Source of the DNA: Schizochytrium sp. TIO01
Lineage: Eukaryota; Protista; Bigyra: Labyrinthulomycetes
Direction of reading: 5' to 3'
DNA: 64,000 bases
Assembly: GCA_004764695.1 (NCBI GenBank)
Contig: SMSO01000004.1
Span: 62,001 to 126,000, forward strand
This document shows positions 61,446 through 64,000 of this stretch, piece by piece (position 1 is the stretch's first letter; the number at the start of each line of letters is the position of its first letter). Under the pieces are notes generated by a model. It did no database searches. It saw only the letters and a program-made list of their open reading frames with translations, and was not told where the DNA came from. Position numbers and translations under genes: made by a program.

Positions 61446-63476
61446 TCATTTGCTCGGGAAGCGCCGGAGCGAGTCCCGAATTCGCTTACGCTTCGCGACT
61501 CTCCGGAGAAGCTTGTCTAAATATTCCACTTCCTCCCTTTTCCTCTCAGGTGTTGCGTCATCACCAGAGCATCCACGCCCAAAGTCGACCAGATGCGCCC
61601 TCTTCGCGAGGGGATCGATAGCAATATTTCGCCAAGCAATATCTCCGTGCAAGACGTTAGCCGCGTGCACTTGCTGAAGAGACTCGCGGATAGCGACAGG
61701 AAACCAATCATAATTAGCAATTGCCAGGTCTCGCGATGCAGTCTTCCCAGAATCTGACGTAGCAATGATCTCACGCTCACAAAAAGTGCCGCCGTAAATC
61801 AAAAACGGAACGTAGAGACCCTGTAGCTGTCGAAGAGGTCCATTGTACAGTTCCACCTCCTTCAAAAAGTTCTGCTTCTCAAACTCGCAAAATTCAAGGG
61901 GCCTATCCTTATTCGTTGGCGCGAAAGTTTTCACATAAATACCCCACGCGTCAGGGTGGTTACCAAAACCTGGAATTCGACATACTCCGTTGCCCACGTT
62001 CTTATATTCCTTGGACCACGGGAGAGGCATACTAAAGTTCTTTTCTTCGAGGGGAAGATGATCCATGATTGCAGAGCGTAGAGATTCAAGATCCTCCGCT
62101 TCCCTGGCGCCGTTGCGTGGAAGCGTTGATCGCATGCGGGCGAAGAATTCGACAGCATTGTCACCAAGGATAAGAAGCATCGTGCTAGGATTTGCTCCAA
62201 ATATTCTATCTCTTCCAAACTTTTCTGCGCAATAAGCAACGAATGCCTTTTCAAGTTGCTCATTCTCATCCGGGTAAAAGTTGCGAGAGTCAGGGTCCTT
62301 GAAGACCTTGTAGATTAATGAGGCATATGCTTTTAAAGTACCAGTGTAAGAATCCGTCCCAGTTTCCAAGGCGGAAAATGGCTGGGTTACCCATATATTA
62401 CCCTTGTTGTCGCGCTTCACAAAATAACTGAATTCGAACGAGGAGAGAACCCCATATTTCAACCCATTGAAAACCATGTAGGTGAAGAGTTGCTTCAAAG
62501 ACTCCCGAAAGCTTTCCCGAAGTAGGGCCGTACTTGGCTTAGCCATTTGTTTGCGGGAATCTGCTTGGGTTGTATCCGCGCCTACGATTTGGTGAGGCAT
62601 CTTGCCCTCTATGACGAAAAGAGGCTCCCCGGGCTCAGTGCGTATTTCTGAGTCCGCCTCAACGATAATATCATAAAGCGAGCCTATTCCATTGTTTCGT
62701 TCAAGCCTACAGGAGATGGGTGGATACTCTGCGATGACAGGATGCAGTAACATGAGAGGGAATATGACAACTCGTTGGAGTGCTTGTTTTGCTTCCGGTT
62801 CGTTGGATTTGATGTTTAACGAGACTTGCGTGGTTGAAAAGATGTCCGTACTAATGCGTTGCCTACTCATGACAGACTGTCCCAGACTTTCAACGACTTC
62901 TTCATCAAAGTCGGCCAATGACCACTCCGAAAAAGTTATATATTCTAAGGCCCAAACGGAACCTCTCCGGGCCGTGGAACCAGGTGCTCTCCCCTTAAAT
63001 ATTGACTCCAGACGCCGCAGCTTAAGAGCCTCAGAGAGTCTTATTTGTCCTTGCCGGAGTTGCTCCTCGGCTTGCCGGGCTCGCTCGCGCACTTGCCGGA
63101 GTTGCTCCTCGGCTTGCCGGGCTCGCTCGCGCACTTGCCGGAGTTGCTCCTCGGCTTGCCGGGCTTGCTCCTCGGCTTGCCGGGCTTGCTCCTCGGCTTG
63201 CCGGGCTTGCTCCTCGGCTTGCCGGGCTTGCTCCTCGGCTTGCCGGGCTTGCTCCTCGGCTTGCCGGAGTCGCTCGCGCGCCGCTAAACGAACATCCAGC
63301 GCTTTTCGCGTTATTCTTTTAAGGGCCTTTTTTCGTGAATCCAGATAGTCTAGGACACCGTCATCCAAATCATCAAAGATTTTATTATATTCGATGCGCC
63401 CAAGACCCGAGTCTGTCATCTGGCATAGCGCGTCAACAGTCAAAACATGATCATCGTCGGGGTCGGATTCGGACAT
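61446..63476 (-). CDS. Coiled-coil + PD-(D/E)xK restriction-endonuclease-like domain + protein kinase fusion (Crinkler/CR-effector-like architecture)
   Basis: First ATG at 63476 (MSESD). Nuclease motifs SNE..., YDII, FVIEGK, QLFTYM...LKYGVLSSFEFSYFVKR. Kinase motifs IYVK, FLKEVELY, LQGLYVP, HGDIAWRNI, LVDFG. Confidence 0.85.
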   Translation of the reverse strand: MSESDPDDDHVLTVDALCQMTDSGLGRIEYNKIFDDLDDGVLDYLDSRKKALKRITRKALDVRLAARERLRQAEEQARQAEEQARQAEEQARQAEEQARQAEEQARQAEEQLRQVRERARQAEEQLRQVRERARQAEEQLRQGQIRLSEALKLRRLESIFKGRAPGSTARRGSVWALEYITFSEWSLADFDEEVVESLGQSVMSRQRISTDIFSTTQVSLNIKSNEPEAKQALQRVVIFPLMLLHPVIAEYPPISCRLERNNGIGSLYDIIVEADSEIRTEPGEPLFVIEGKMPHQIVGADTTQADSRKQMAKPSTALLRESFRESLKQLFTYMVFNGLKYGVLSSFEFSYFVKRDNKGNIWVTQPFSALETGTDSYTGTLKAYASLIYKVFKDPDSRNFYPDENEQLEKAFVAYCAEKFGRDRIFGANPSTMLLILGDNAVEFFARMRSTLPRNGAREAEDLESLRSAIMDHLPLEEKNFSMPLPWSKEYKNVGNGVCRIPGFGNHPDAWGIYVKTFAPTNKDRPLEFCEFEKQNFLKEVELYNGPLRQLQGLYVPFLIYGGTFCEREIIATSDSGKTASRDLAIANYDWFPVAIRESLQQVHAANVLHGDIAWRNIAIDPLAKRAHLVDFGRGCSGDDATPERKREEVEYLDKLLRRVAKRKRIRDSLRRFPSK
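63051..63266 (-). repeat. Coding 21-bp tandem repeat (10 heptads: RQAEEQA x5, then RQAEEQL/RQVRERA alternation)
   Basis: cttgccgggcttgctcctcgg units are identical at the DNA level. Confidence 0.97.
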
Positions 63477-63573
63477 GGTTGCTCGGACGAGGCAAGGAGA
63501 GGCCACGGCTTACGCCTTCGCTTGCTTGCTTGTTTGCTTGTTTGCTTGCTTACACACGTCCAAGAGGGAATAA

Positions 63574-63649
63574 AGGGAATCAATCGTTTGGGAATACAGG
63601 GAATCAATCGTTTGGGAATACAGGGAATCAATCGTTTGGGAATACAGGG
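63574..63649. repeat. 24-bp perfect tandem repeat x3 in a divergent intergenic region
   Basis: agggaatcaatcgtttgggaatac at 63574, 63598 and 63622. Confidence 0.95.
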
Positions 63650-63736
63650 CGTACATTTTTGTCACCAGGGATTGACGAGAACAAACAAACAATTGGGTAT
63701 TTTATTTTGTTTGAAGGAACAAAACCAAAACCAAAA

Positions 63737-64000
63737 ATGGAGACAATCGGCGGTTATAAGATACTCACGCAGCGGCAGCGGGAGGAACAACGTGCTGCTG
63801 GTGCACACGTCATAGCACCTTTCATCGTCGATGAGGGAGTGTATGTATGATGAGTTTGTTATCTTGAAAGACCTCACGCACGAAGAGAGGAAAGGAAAAC
63901 TGGAAGAAGTGATAGCACAGAACGAAGGAGGTCTCTATCACTTGTCTGAAATGTTTTTCTGTGGCATTCTTTGGAATGACTTCGCGCTCTCTTCGCTAGT
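63737..64000 (+). pseudogene. 5' part of an unknown gene interrupted by a 4-bp duplication; runs off the window
   Basis: AAAATGG start, METIGGYKIL...DEGVY, then GTATGTAT (63841-63848) gives TGA TGA. Removing one GTAT restores DEFVILKDLTHEERKGKLEEVIAQNEGGLYHLSEMFFCGILWNDFALSSL, open to the window end. Confidence 0.55.

Noticed and set aside
62692-63348. Cys/Ser-rich and Leu/Pro/Gly-rich ORFs opposite the nuclease-kinase gene
   Set aside because: They are antisense readings of the 21-bp coding repeat.

Overview
Eukaryotic protist nuclear DNA, most consistent with a thraustochytrid/labyrinthulomycete stramenopile. This is inferred from mostly intronless genes, the flagellar gene CFAP57, abundant simple repeats and the P-protein tail. 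All three stop codons are used, so the code is standard. The left arm (1-21.4 kb) is gene-dense: 3' end of a 60S acidic P protein, a PA1024-type FMN oxidoreductase, a membrane-anchored hypothetical protein with a 1-nt frameshift, neuferricin, a PH+filamin protein, a three-exon eRF1 and CFAP57. A ~27-kb microsatellite-rich stretch with no credible ORF (21.5-48.7 kb) precedes a two-repeat MYB transcription factor. Phenylalanine hydroxylase and prefoldin 2 follow. The right end (about 60-64 kb) looks accessory and is the best candidate for an undescribed system. It holds an intronless gene fusing a recently expanded perfect heptad repeat, a PD-(D/E)xK nuclease domain and a minimal protein kinase (Crinkler/CR-effector-like architecture). 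This gene sits head-to-head, across a 24-bp tandem-repeat spacer, with an unknown gene interrupted by a 4-bp duplication. All family assignments are from motif recognition by eye; no searches were run.
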